Of a DNA stretch of 64,000 nt, positions 63,966-64,000 are shown piece after piece. Each line of letters opens with the position of its first letter. The first letter of the stretch is position 1. Location of the stretch: the IMG/VR virus record IMGVR_UViG_3300022777_000088. One strand, written 5' to 3'. The translations under genes and the position numbers were made by a program. This DNA comes from a virus. The notes beneath the pieces were generated by a model. That model worked only from the letters and a program-made list of their open reading frames with translations. It ran no database searches and was not told where the DNA came from.

Positions 63966-64000
63966 CGAACCAAAGTAAAAGTAGATGTATAAAGTATATG

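Overview
The window looks like part of a large dsDNA tailed phage genome: dense small ORFs, tRNAs, no rRNA or core housekeeping operons. The proteome is very acidic and leaders are A-rich without Shine-Dalgarno sites, suggesting a halophilic Bacteroidota/Rhodothermota-like host (inference). Recognisable genes: acidic virion/tail-type proteins (LamG, FN3, beta-propeller), CYTH protein, patatin, minimal kinase, OPRT-like PRTase, M50 protease, frameshifted nicotinate PRTase, class II CCA-adding enzyme, MoxR-like AAA+ with VWA partner, HAD nucleotidase, GIY-YIG homing endonuclease inserted in dps, Rnl1-type RNA ligase, zeta-like P-loop kinase, DEDDh exonuclease, Hsp20, metallophosphoesterase, Nudix, chorismate mutase, three tRNA-Ser and one tRNA-Thr. 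Three things stand out: (1) about 32 small divergent ORFs sharing an N-terminal L-L-x-H-E-x-x-Y-(I/L/M) motif, which also appears as an internal or C-terminal tag on unrelated proteins; (2) a ~222-nt minimal RNase P RNA among the tRNAs, completing a phage tRNA maturation/repair kit; (3) a homing endonuclease that split dps and carries a recoded replacement 5' end. Two recurrent promoter-like motifs and a tandem-repeat-rich non-coding region are also visible. All calls are by eye, with no database searches.
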